Positions 29,792 through 37,486 of a stretch of DNA of 62,620 nt are shown piece after piece. The position numbers were made by a program, and so were the translations under genes. The DNA is from Candidatus Aminicenantes bacterium (lineage in GTDB: Bacteria > Acidobacteriota > Aminicenantia > Aminicenantales > Aminicenantaceae): positions 1 through 62,620 of the forward strand of contig JACUUK010000001.1 in NCBI GenBank assembly GCA_014859315.1, given 5' to 3'. The notes under the pieces are model-generated. The model worked only from the letters and a program-made list of their open reading frames with translations. It searched no databases and was not told where the DNA came from. How positions within the stretch are numbered: position 1 is the first letter of the stretch; each line of letters opens with the position of its first letter.

Positions 29792-30349
29792 TTAGGCCTT
29801 TTTGTATTTTATTTCTGATCCCTTTTCTTTTGAATAAACCGGAATACCATGTTCAAGATAAGCTTCCCAAAATTTTCTGTATCGTATGGCACTTTGTCTG
29901 TTTCTTTCAATTTCCTCTTCGGTTAATTGTCTTTTCGCTACAGCAGGCGCTCCCATAATCAAGGAACCTTCAGGAAATCTCTTCTCTGGAGTTACGACTG
30001 AACCAGCTGCAAGAAGAGAATTTCGCCCAATGTGCGCTCCATCTAAAACTACTGCACCCATTCCTATGAGGCAGTTGTCCTCCACAGTGCAAGCATGAAG
30101 AACAACATTATGCCCAACAGTAACTCCTTTCCCTACGATAGCTTTTAGGCCTGTTTCAACATGGATAACACAATTATCCTGAATATTGCTATCCTCTCCA
30201 ATGACAATTTCTTCTATATCGCCCCGCAATACACTATTGAACCAGATGCTTGCACCTTGCTTGCATATTACACGCCCTATTATCTGGGCGTTTTCAGCTA
30301 TAAACGTATGGGGATGAATCTCAGGAATCTGTTTTCTAAAATCATGCAT
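29792..30349 (-). CDS. gamma-class carbonic anhydrase family protein (left-handed beta-helix)
   Basis: Hexapeptide repeats and the conserved SIWFNSVLRGD ... HN motif pattern of YrdA/PaaY-like proteins. Confidence 0.85.
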   Translation of the reverse strand: MHDFRKQIPEIHPHTFIAENAQIIGRVICKQGASIWFNSVLRGDIEEIVIGEDSNIQDNCVIHVETGLKAIVGKGVTVGHNVVLHACTVEDNCLIGMGAVVLDGAHIGRNSLLAAGSVVTPEKRFPEGSLIMGAPAVAKRQLTEEEIERNRQSAIRYRKFWEAYLEHGIPVYSKEKGSEIKYKKA

Positions 30350-30364
30350 GAATCTCTCCTCTAA

Positions 30365-30379
30365 TGGGGACTGTCCCCA
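30365..30379. repeat. third copy of the TGGGGAC(A/T)GTCCCCA palindrome
   Basis: TGGGGACTGTCCCCA with flanks AA..AATTT. It is the reverse complement of the copy at 2586-2600 including 2-3 flanking bases. It sits between the XRE-ImmA stop and the gamma-CA start. Confidence 0.8.
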
Positions 30380-30390
30380 ATTTATCCAAT

Positions 30391-31458
30391 TTATCTAAAA
30401 AAGGTTGCGGCCTTTTCATCTGAAATTTTATTCTTCCTGCGGGCTTCAAACACAAGACCTCGAAATCTGTCTGAAAAAAGTATCTTTCTTCTCCCAGTTT
30501 TTATCTGGCCATCTTCTGTTAAATTCCTAAAAATTTCCTGTTCATGCTTATCAGGGTCTAATTTCTGGTATTCTGCAAACTTGCCTGGAGAGATATATTC
30601 CATTCCTGCCAGTTTTCGCAGCATGGCCAAAGTGCTTACTCCAAAATATCGTTTCAGGTAAAGCACATCTTCAAAAATTATATTTTTCTTACGAATATCT
30701 TTTCTTATGATTTCATGGATTTTTGATGTGGTAATCAAAAAATTTACTGCAAACTTCTGTGCAAAACTTTCCCGAGGATGATAGAGTGAAAGATATTCAT
30801 CAATAAAAATGTCCAGGTTATCAATTACAGGACCTCCATATCTATCCTTAAGATAGTGGGAATATTCGTGAGCAGCAATCATAACTTGACGTCCAAGCGA
30901 CTGAGAACTATTCACCAAAGCAAAAGCTGCATCCTGTTCTTCAAAAAAAATGAACACCCCAGATATTTCAATGTCTTTGGTTAAATAATACCGGATAATA
31001 TGAAGGCCATTGAGTTCAAGAAGTGAGAAAATGTCTCGGATGGGCTCATCTCCAAGTCCTAAACGGTACCTCTCCTCCTCTGCCATGCGTTCGGCAGATA
31101 CGTTATGATACAAAGGCGCAAGCGGAAGACGACGTCCTGTAAGTTTTTCCAGCTTGAGGTATTCATCACAATAAGTTCTGAATTTCTTAAGCTCTGACTT
31201 TGATTTTTTATTTAACCCTTCTTTACGGAGAAGAACATTAAATGCATTGTCCTTTTCTGGAAGAAAATATGAAACGTCCTTTTTAAGGTAATCTGCAAGA
31301 AGCAACAGAGATTCAAGTCTGGGTGCACGTTTTCCCAGTTCCAACAGAGAAATGAATTCACTTGAACACCCTATGGCCTTAGCCAGGTCATCTTGAGTTA
31401 TTCCCAGGTCTTCCCTTGATTTTCTTATTCTGGCTCCCAGAATTTTAATCATTGTCAT
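30391..31458 (-). CDS. fused XRE-family HTH / ImmA-IrrE (M78, DUF955) metallopeptidase-domain regulator
   Basis: N-terminal HTH LGITQDDLAKAIGCSSEFISLLELGKR and a central HExxH zinc motif (AAHEYSHYL). Confidence 0.8.
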   Translation of the reverse strand: MTMIKILGARIRKSREDLGITQDDLAKAIGCSSEFISLLELGKRAPRLESLLLLADYLKKDVSYFLPEKDNAFNVLLRKEGLNKKSKSELKKFRTYCDEYLKLEKLTGRRLPLAPLYHNVSAERMAEEERYRLGLGDEPIRDIFSLLELNGLHIIRYYLTKDIEISGVFIFFEEQDAAFALVNSSQSLGRQVMIAAHEYSHYLKDRYGGPVIDNLDIFIDEYLSLYHPRESFAQKFAVNFLITTSKIHEIIRKDIRKKNIIFEDVLYLKRYFGVSTLAMLRKLAGMEYISPGKFAEYQKLDPDKHEQEIFRNLTEDGQIKTGRRKILFSDRFRGLVFEARRKNKISDEKAATFFR

Positions 31459-31622
31459 CCCCTATTCATAGGTTTTCTTTTTTATAACCCTGGGATCGAA
31501 AAAAGTCAAGAAAACTGATACAAGTAAGTAGTTAGGAGTGAAAAGTTTGGAAGCTGAGACAATTTTGACTTTATTTTTTTTCTTTGTTATAAAAAACTTA
31601 TAAAAATCACCAGGGTTTAATG

Positions 31623-31658
31623 ATTGATAATTATATTGATAATTATATTGATAATTAT
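31623..31658. promoter_or_regulatory. three perfect tandem copies of ATTGATAATTAT (candidate operator array)
   Basis: Copies lie at 31623-31634, 31635-31646 and 31647-31658. Each contains the 8-bp palindrome ATAATTAT. The array ends 17 nt before the TTG start of the PAS-GGDEF gene, in the divergent region shared with the XRE-ImmA gene. Confidence 0.55.
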
Positions 31659-31675
31659 AAGGTAGAGGGGCACCA

Positions 31676-32650
31676 TTGAGCGAAAATTCTTTTGATAATT
31701 TTTTTAAACAATTGAATAGCGACTTTTATTCGGCTTTACTCAACAACATTCATGATGGTATCTATTTCATCGATAAAAATCTGGTTATTACTTTCTGGAA
31801 CAATGGCGCTGAACGGATTACTGGCTTCAAGAACAAAGAAGTGCTCGGCAAGCAGTGCTCTGATAACATCCTAATTCACGTTGATTCATACGGAACTGAA
31901 CTTTGCAACGATCTCTGTCCTTTTAAAAAAGCCCTAATAGATGGACAGATTCATACTTGCGAGGCCTATCTCCGTCATAAAGAAGGCTTCCGACTTCCTG
32001 TGATTATCCGGGTTCTACCACGCCTCAATGAAAAGAATAAAATCATCGGTGCAGTGCAAATGTTTTCGGATGTTTCACCAAAAGTGATGATGCCCCAGAA
32101 AACCCGGGAATTAAAACGCATGTCCCTTCTTGATCCTATTACTGAGGTCGGAAACAGAAGGTATCTGGAGGCACATCTTCTTTCACGTCTTGAGGAAATG
32201 CATAATTACCGCTTGCCTTTCGGCATAATGTATATCGATATTGACCATCTTAATAACATTAATGAAGCGCACGGAAACAAGGTTGGCGACCAGGTTTTGC
32301 GGACTGTTGCGCAGACTATTTCCAATAACATCAGATTTTTTGATGTCGTGGGCCGCTGGGGCGAAGATGAGTTTATTGTCACTATTCTTAATATTTCCGA
32401 ACCAAAGCTTGATATGGTTGCAAACAAACTAAGACTACTTATTTTACAGTCAAATATATTCACAGACCCACTCCCTGTTAAAACTTCAACCTCAGTTAGC
32501 ATAACTGTCTCTATCGGAGCAACGATAGCAAAGAGTACTGATACATTGGACCGCCTTATAAATCGCGGAGAAGCACTTATGAACCATAGCAGATGGCGTG
32601 GAAGAAATCGAGTCAGCCTTAGTTTTGAAAAAGAATTCGAAGAATTTTAA
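31676..32650 (+). CDS. PAS domain diguanylate cyclase-like protein (GGDEF domain with GEDEF variant)
   Basis: TTG start 5 nt after GAGGGG. PAS region (IHDGIYFIDKNLVITFWNNGAERITG). GGDEF domain (NRRYLE...DIDHLNNINEAHGNKVGD...GRWGEDEF). Confidence 0.8.
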   Translation: MSENSFDNFFKQLNSDFYSALLNNIHDGIYFIDKNLVITFWNNGAERITGFKNKEVLGKQCSDNILIHVDSYGTELCNDLCPFKKALIDGQIHTCEAYLRHKEGFRLPVIIRVLPRLNEKNKIIGAVQMFSDVSPKVMMPQKTRELKRMSLLDPITEVGNRRYLEAHLLSRLEEMHNYRLPFGIMYIDIDHLNNINEAHGNKVGDQVLRTVAQTISNNIRFFDVVGRWGEDEFIVTILNISEPKLDMVANKLRLLILQSNIFTDPLPVKTSTSVSITVSIGATIAKSTDTLDRLINRGEALMNHSRWRGRNRVSLSFEKEFEEF

Positions 32651-32864
32651 AAGCCAAACTACAATAACATAATATCTATCAATTGAAGCACATTTCTAAA
32701 AATATCTTATTATTGACTATATCTTAAAAAAAATTTAGTACAGTGAACTTAAATTAAAAACATATGTTCACAATCAAGAAAACCATAAGAACCCACCTAA
32801 AAAAGTTAAAAACCCTGGTCCCGAATTCTATTCATCTTTAATGGACTCTTAAGTTTTTGAGTCT

Positions 32865-35567
32865 TTATGTTTCAGGCAATTTCCGGACTAAGGCTTTCTT
32901 TGTCAACTTCTTATTTCCAATCTGGAGTACTACTTGATATTCTCCAGGAGGCACCATTGGTCCAAATTGCCCTGCAAATCGCCCGTATTGACTCCTCATC
33001 CGCTCAGCTTCTTCCTTTGTAAGTTTTTTCCTCATGTTCCAGTTAACAGAATTTATCCCTGGGATATTTTCCCCAACAAGCGTTATTATTTCCTCTCCAT
33101 AGGAATCAGTGAAAGTTATTCTGACTTTATTTTTCACTTTGTCCTTCAAGTAATAATTAATAATCAAACCGCCAGGTTCATTAGGGACAGCATAATTTCT
33201 ATGACCAGAAAAACTCCATCTGAAACCAAATGGCCATTGGATTTTGGGCTCAACTTCAAAAAGATATACCTCTTCTTCTAAAACTTTTGCAGTTAACTCC
33301 TGAAAAGGCGAAACATCTGTGACAAAGATTCCCCTTCCATGTGTTGCAACAACCAAATCATTTTCCCTCGGATGAACAAGAAGGTCATGCACAGCATTTG
33401 TTGGCATGTTATTTCTCATTCTGACCCATTTCTTACCGCCATCAATAGAAACATATACGGCTTTATCTGTTCCTAAAAATAGAAGATCTTGATTTTTATT
33501 GTCTTCGAAAATCACATTAATAGATTCATCAGGTAAGTTGGACACGAGAGAGACCCAAGTTTTCCCGAAATCTGTGGTTTTATAAACAAAAGGCCTGAAA
33601 TCATCTCTTCTGTATCCAGTCTTTGTAACATACGCTGTCCCTTCATGGAAATTCGATGCAAAGACCCGGCTCACCCAATATTCCTCTGGGGCACCGGCTT
33701 TAACAAGGTCTTTTGTTAGTTCATCCCATGTAGCACCACCATTTTTTGTCACATGGATCTTTCCATCGTCTGTTCCGACCCAAATAAGTCCTGGTATTAT
33801 TGGCGATTCTGAAATCGTGGTGATGGTACAGTACTGAATATTTCCACGGCCAGCGATTTTCACTGGGTCATTTAATGTTAAATCAGGGCTTATTTCCTGC
33901 CAATCATCGCCCCTGTTCAAAGACCTGAACAACACGTTTGCACCAATATATATAATCTGGCTGTTATGGGGTGATATGTGAATTGGGGTATTCCAGTTAA
34001 ACCTAAGTTCGGGCTCGCCTTTTTTACGTCTCGGTCTAATGCTTTTTCGTACCATTAGTTTCTGGTCTACCCGTTGGACATTTCCAAATTGGGATTCATT
34101 GTAAAGCCAGCGGCTATCATTCGGGTCTACTTGGTTATAAAAACCATCTCCTCCTCCTACAGGAACCCAGTCATCTCGTGTGATGATTCCTGAGAGGCTG
34201 TTACTCGGACCTTTCCATGAACCATTGTCCTGAAGACCTCCATATATATTGTAGGGCTCTTCCATGTCCACACCAACAGCATAATATTGGGCTAATGGCA
34301 GTGTGTCATAAACATCCCATGTTTTTCCTTGGTCATATGTAATACCAAGGCCTCCATCATTTCCCAGTATCATGTGATTGGAATTATATGGATTTATCCA
34401 CAATGCATGATGGTCAGAATGTGTCCCTTGTGCTGCATTTTTTTGAGCGCGTCCTTTTCCCCAGGTCTTACCGCCATCTATGGATTTGTAAACAACAATG
34501 CTTAAAACATAGATGACTTTGTCATCATTTGGATCTATCCTAATTTGGCCATAATAATATCCTGGATGGCCTCCAATATCATCTTTATCTGAATTCATTT
34601 TTATCCAGGTCTTTCCTCCATCTTCAGAGCGATAGACTTCTCCTCCAATAACTTTATCTTCAGGTTTCCTGTTCATACTACGGGCTTGCTTGATCTCTTC
34701 TTCTGTTGGAGGACACTTGTTTGCATTCTCAATTGTGGCATAAACAATATCTGGATTTTTCAAATAGACATCAAGTCCTATCCGCCCTATTTTTCCTGTA
34801 GGGAGCCCCTCTTCCAGTTTTACCCATGTTTTTCCAGAATCTTTTGATTTATATATCGCACTTCCTGTTCCACCTTCCTCAAAATGCCATGGAAGCCTCT
34901 GTTTATCATATGAAGCTGCATAAATAACATCAGGATTTTTGGGATTCATGGCCAAATCAACAATACCTACTTTTTCATTTATATATAGCACTTTATTCCA
35001 GGTTTTCCCCCCATCTTCGGTCTTAAAAAGACCCCGTTCCTCATTAAAGGAATAAAGATGGCCTAATGCAGCAACATATACGATATCTGGGTTTTCTGGA
35101 TGAATCACAATTCTGCCTATATGGTGGGATTCTTTCAATCCCTTATGTTGCCAGGTTTTTCCACCATCGGTTGATTTGTAAACACCATCACCCCAATAGG
35201 CACTTCGGGAATTGTTGGCTTCCCCAGTTCCAACCCAAATAATATTCGGATCTGAAGGAGCAATAGCTATATCTCCGATGGAAATTACATTCTGGTTATC
35301 AAAAATTGGCTCAAATGTTGTTCCATTGTTAACAGTTTTCCAGAGCCCACCAGAAGCAGACGCTACATAAAACGTGAAAGGTTGAGACAAAGGCACAGCA
35401 ATGTCTACGATCCTGCCACCCTGCCTGGCTGGCCCAATAGCACGGTACTTGAAGCTTTTCAGTAATTCTTCATTAAACAAGTCTCTGCTTGAACCAAACA
35501 TGCTTATTGCAAGAATCAATACACTGAAAATTATCAAGATAATGGAAAATTGCTTTTTAAAATTCAT
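32865..35567 (-). CDS. secreted BNR/Asp-box repeat beta-propeller protein (sortilin/VPS10-like)
   Basis: Signal peptide and at least 9 Asp-box SxDxGxTW motifs (STDGGKTW, TEDGGKTW, SKDSGKTW, SEDGGKTW, SIDGGKTW and others) spread over 900 aa. Confidence 0.8.
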   Translation of the reverse strand: MNFKKQFSIILIIFSVLILAISMFGSSRDLFNEELLKSFKYRAIGPARQGGRIVDIAVPLSQPFTFYVASASGGLWKTVNNGTTFEPIFDNQNVISIGDIAIAPSDPNIIWVGTGEANNSRSAYWGDGVYKSTDGGKTWQHKGLKESHHIGRIVIHPENPDIVYVAALGHLYSFNEERGLFKTEDGGKTWNKVLYINEKVGIVDLAMNPKNPDVIYAASYDKQRLPWHFEEGGTGSAIYKSKDSGKTWVKLEEGLPTGKIGRIGLDVYLKNPDIVYATIENANKCPPTEEEIKQARSMNRKPEDKVIGGEVYRSEDGGKTWIKMNSDKDDIGGHPGYYYGQIRIDPNDDKVIYVLSIVVYKSIDGGKTWGKGRAQKNAAQGTHSDHHALWINPYNSNHMILGNDGGLGITYDQGKTWDVYDTLPLAQYYAVGVDMEEPYNIYGGLQDNGSWKGPSNSLSGIITRDDWVPVGGGDGFYNQVDPNDSRWLYNESQFGNVQRVDQKLMVRKSIRPRRKKGEPELRFNWNTPIHISPHNSQIIYIGANVLFRSLNRGDDWQEISPDLTLNDPVKIAGRGNIQYCTITTISESPIIPGLIWVGTDDGKIHVTKNGGATWDELTKDLVKAGAPEEYWVSRVFASNFHEGTAYVTKTGYRRDDFRPFVYKTTDFGKTWVSLVSNLPDESINVIFEDNKNQDLLFLGTDKAVYVSIDGGKKWVRMRNNMPTNAVHDLLVHPRENDLVVATHGRGIFVTDVSPFQELTAKVLEEEVYLFEVEPKIQWPFGFRWSFSGHRNYAVPNEPGGLIINYYLKDKVKNKVRITFTDSYGEEIITLVGENIPGINSVNWNMRKKLTKEEAERMRSQYGRFAGQFGPMVPPGEYQVVLQIGNKKLTKKALVRKLPET

Positions 35568-35873
35568 GATTTCCTCCCTTCTTCTCTGATTTAATATCGA
35601 CCTTCCTTTTTGTTTTTTCAGGATAATAATCTATCCAATTTTTTGCTTTCATAAACAGTCTTTATTTAGCATTAGAAAATTAAAAAAGCAACTTTATATT
35701 ATCTATCGCATGAAAAATGTTTCTATTTGAGCACATGTTGCGGATATTTTTACTGGAAACTTAAATCCTGTTTGTATAGAATGAAAGTTAATGCCAGAAG
35801 CCAAACCAGCAATCTCCTTGGACAACCTGTTGCAATTTGTTTATTATTATATTCTTTTAAGGAGAGCTTACAC

Positions 35874-36338
35874 ATGAAAAGAAGAGAAGCTCTGCTTACT
35901 TTAGGAGGCATGGCCATTATTGGCCCTAATATTTTATCCTATAAAGAAAGGAGTCAAGAAATGAAAAAAGAAATCAAAACCGATAAAGCACCCAAAGCTA
36001 TAGGCCCTTACTCCCAAGCGATTGTAGCAAATGGGTTTGTTTTTGCATCAGGTCAAATACCAATCGAGCCGGCCAGTGGAGAAATCAACACAGGAACTAT
36101 AGAAGAACAAACCCGGCTTGTTTTAAATAACCTCAATGAAGTACTTAAAGCAGCAGGAAGCTCACTGGATAAAGCAGTTAAGTGTACTGTATTCCTTCAA
36201 GATATAAATGATTTTAGCAGGATGAATGCCGTATATTCTGAATTTTTTAAGCCCCCCTTCCCTGCCAGGGCAGCCGTACAAGTAGCCCGTCTACCTAAAG
36301 ATGTTAAGGTCGAAATCGAAGCCATTGCTTCCCTTTAG
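35874..36338 (+). CDS. ridA: RidA/YjgF family reactive-intermediate deaminase with a possible N-terminal extension
   Basis: The core [14 protein letters not shown]...[11 protein letters not shown] is classic RidA. Both the ATG at 35874 (after AAGGAGAG) and the ATG at 35961 (after AAGGAG, giving a canonical 125-aa RidA) are plausible starts. The tracked start at 35727 has no support. Confidence 0.8.
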   Translation: MKRREALLTLGGMAIIGPNILSYKERSQEMKKEIKTDKAPKAIGPYSQAIVANGFVFASGQIPIEPASGEINTGTIEEQTRLVLNNLNEVLKAAGSSLDKAVKCTVFLQDINDFSRMNAVYSEFFKPPFPARAAVQVARLPKDVKVEIEAIASL

Positions 36339-36480
36339 AATCTCAATACAACTGAGAAGAATAAAGGAAGTTTTAAGTTATTGCCTTCCGGTGCTTGTAT
36401 TAAGAAATTTATAAAACATGAGTTGTTTTGATGAACATTTAATATGTTTCTGATATAATTTTAAAAATAGATAAGGTAGA

Positions 36481-36864
36481 ATGAAAAAATATAAGATATT
36501 AATTGTAGAAGATGAAAGTATTGTAGCTTTAGACATCAAAAATATCCTGGAGAAATTAGAATACACTATTTGCGGAATCACTTATACAGGAGAGGATGCA
36601 ATAAATGAAACCAATAAACACCGTCCGGATTTAGTACTTATGGATATCGGTCTTAAAGGAAATATCGACGGAGTGGCTGCAGCAGAAAAAATCTTCGAAG
36701 AGTTTCAAACGCCTATTATATTCTTAACAGGCTTTACAGATGACAAAACTATACAAAAGGCTTATAAATCCCACCCTTTTGGCTATATCATCAAGCCCAT
36801 CGCTGAGGAAACGTTAACGACGGCCATTGAAAAGACTTTAGAAAAAACACCAAATAAATTATAG
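36481..36864 (+). CDS. single-domain response regulator (CheY-like)
   Basis: ILIVEDE, phospho-acceptor LVLMDIGLKG and KP near the C-terminus. Paralogous to the gene at 48454-48894. Confidence 0.85.
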   Translation: MKKYKILIVEDESIVALDIKNILEKLEYTICGITYTGEDAINETNKHRPDLVLMDIGLKGNIDGVAAAEKIFEEFQTPIIFLTGFTDDKTIQKAYKSHPFGYIIKPIAEETLTTAIEKTLEKTPNKL

Positions 36865-36888
36865 TCCGTCCTTCTGTTGATTCGTTGG

Positions 36889-36980
36889 AAGTATCTTTAA
36901 TTCCGTAATATTTTAATTTCTATTAATTCGTCTTAACGAGGAAAGGCTCAAGAATGGACTTAATCCCTTCATCCTATCAT
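36889..36980 (+). repeat. miniature copy (B) of the TTAACGAG...CTTAATCCCTTCATCC element family
   Basis: AAGTATCTTTAATTCCGTAATATTTT...TCTTAACGAGGAAAGGCTCAAGAATGG joins directly to ACTTAATCCCTTCATCCTAT. Both ends match the 62361-62620 element read on the minus strand, but the interior is absent. Confidence 0.7.
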
Positions 36981-37052
36981 TGGAAAATATATGCTTTCTG
37001 GCTCGTTTAATCTATTGTAGAAAATCAAAATTAAAATTATAATATTAATAAC

Positions 37053-37271
37053 ATGCCAATTTACGAATATATATGTAAAAACTGTAATAGGCGCTTTGAA
37101 ACCTTCGTTTCTCTTGGGCAGAAGAAAACTATTTCTTGTGATAAATGTGGAAGCAAGGATGTCCAAAAACTTTTCTCCTCCTTTGGGATTGGAGGAGGCA
37201 GTAGCCGGCTTCGTTCATCCAGCGATTCATGCCAAACATGCTCAACAAAAACTTGCACTACTTGTAAGTAA
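37053..37271 (+). CDS. FmdB-family zinc-ribbon protein
   Basis: MPIYEYICKNCNRRFE...CDKCGS is the CxxC...CxxC signature of the FmdB/zinc-ribbon regulatory family. The tail is Ser/Cys-rich. Confidence 0.75.
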   Translation: MPIYEYICKNCNRRFETFVSLGQKKTISCDKCGSKDVQKLFSSFGIGGGSSRLRSSSDSCQTCSTKTCTTCK

Positions 37272-37449
37272 AATATTCCCACATTTGCTTCTCTTTTTAC
37301 CTTTTGCAGACGTCTTTACTTCTCTTGGTATAGCCAGTGTATTTTCGAAATCTCTGACCATATTCTTCTTATCATTAAGATTATGATATGTTACAAATGT
37401 AATGTGTGAAATTCTTCGCCATCCTTTTCTTTATATAGCTGTCTTTATC

Positions 37450-37478
37450 TTGACTTTTACAATTGATAGATAATAAAT
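37450..37478 (+). promoter_or_regulatory. candidate sigma-70 promoter immediately upstream of hyuA
   Basis: TTGACT (37450-37455), a 17-nt spacer, then ATAAAT (37473-37478). The ATG at 37487 follows 8 nt later with no Shine-Dalgarno sequence. Confidence 0.35.
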
Positions 37479-37486
37479 ATACCCTA

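Noticed and set aside
35727-35873. Long N-terminal extension of the RidA ORF (start at 35727)
   Set aside because: There is no RBS, the sequence is Cys-rich and implausible, and two downstream ATGs have AGGAG sites.
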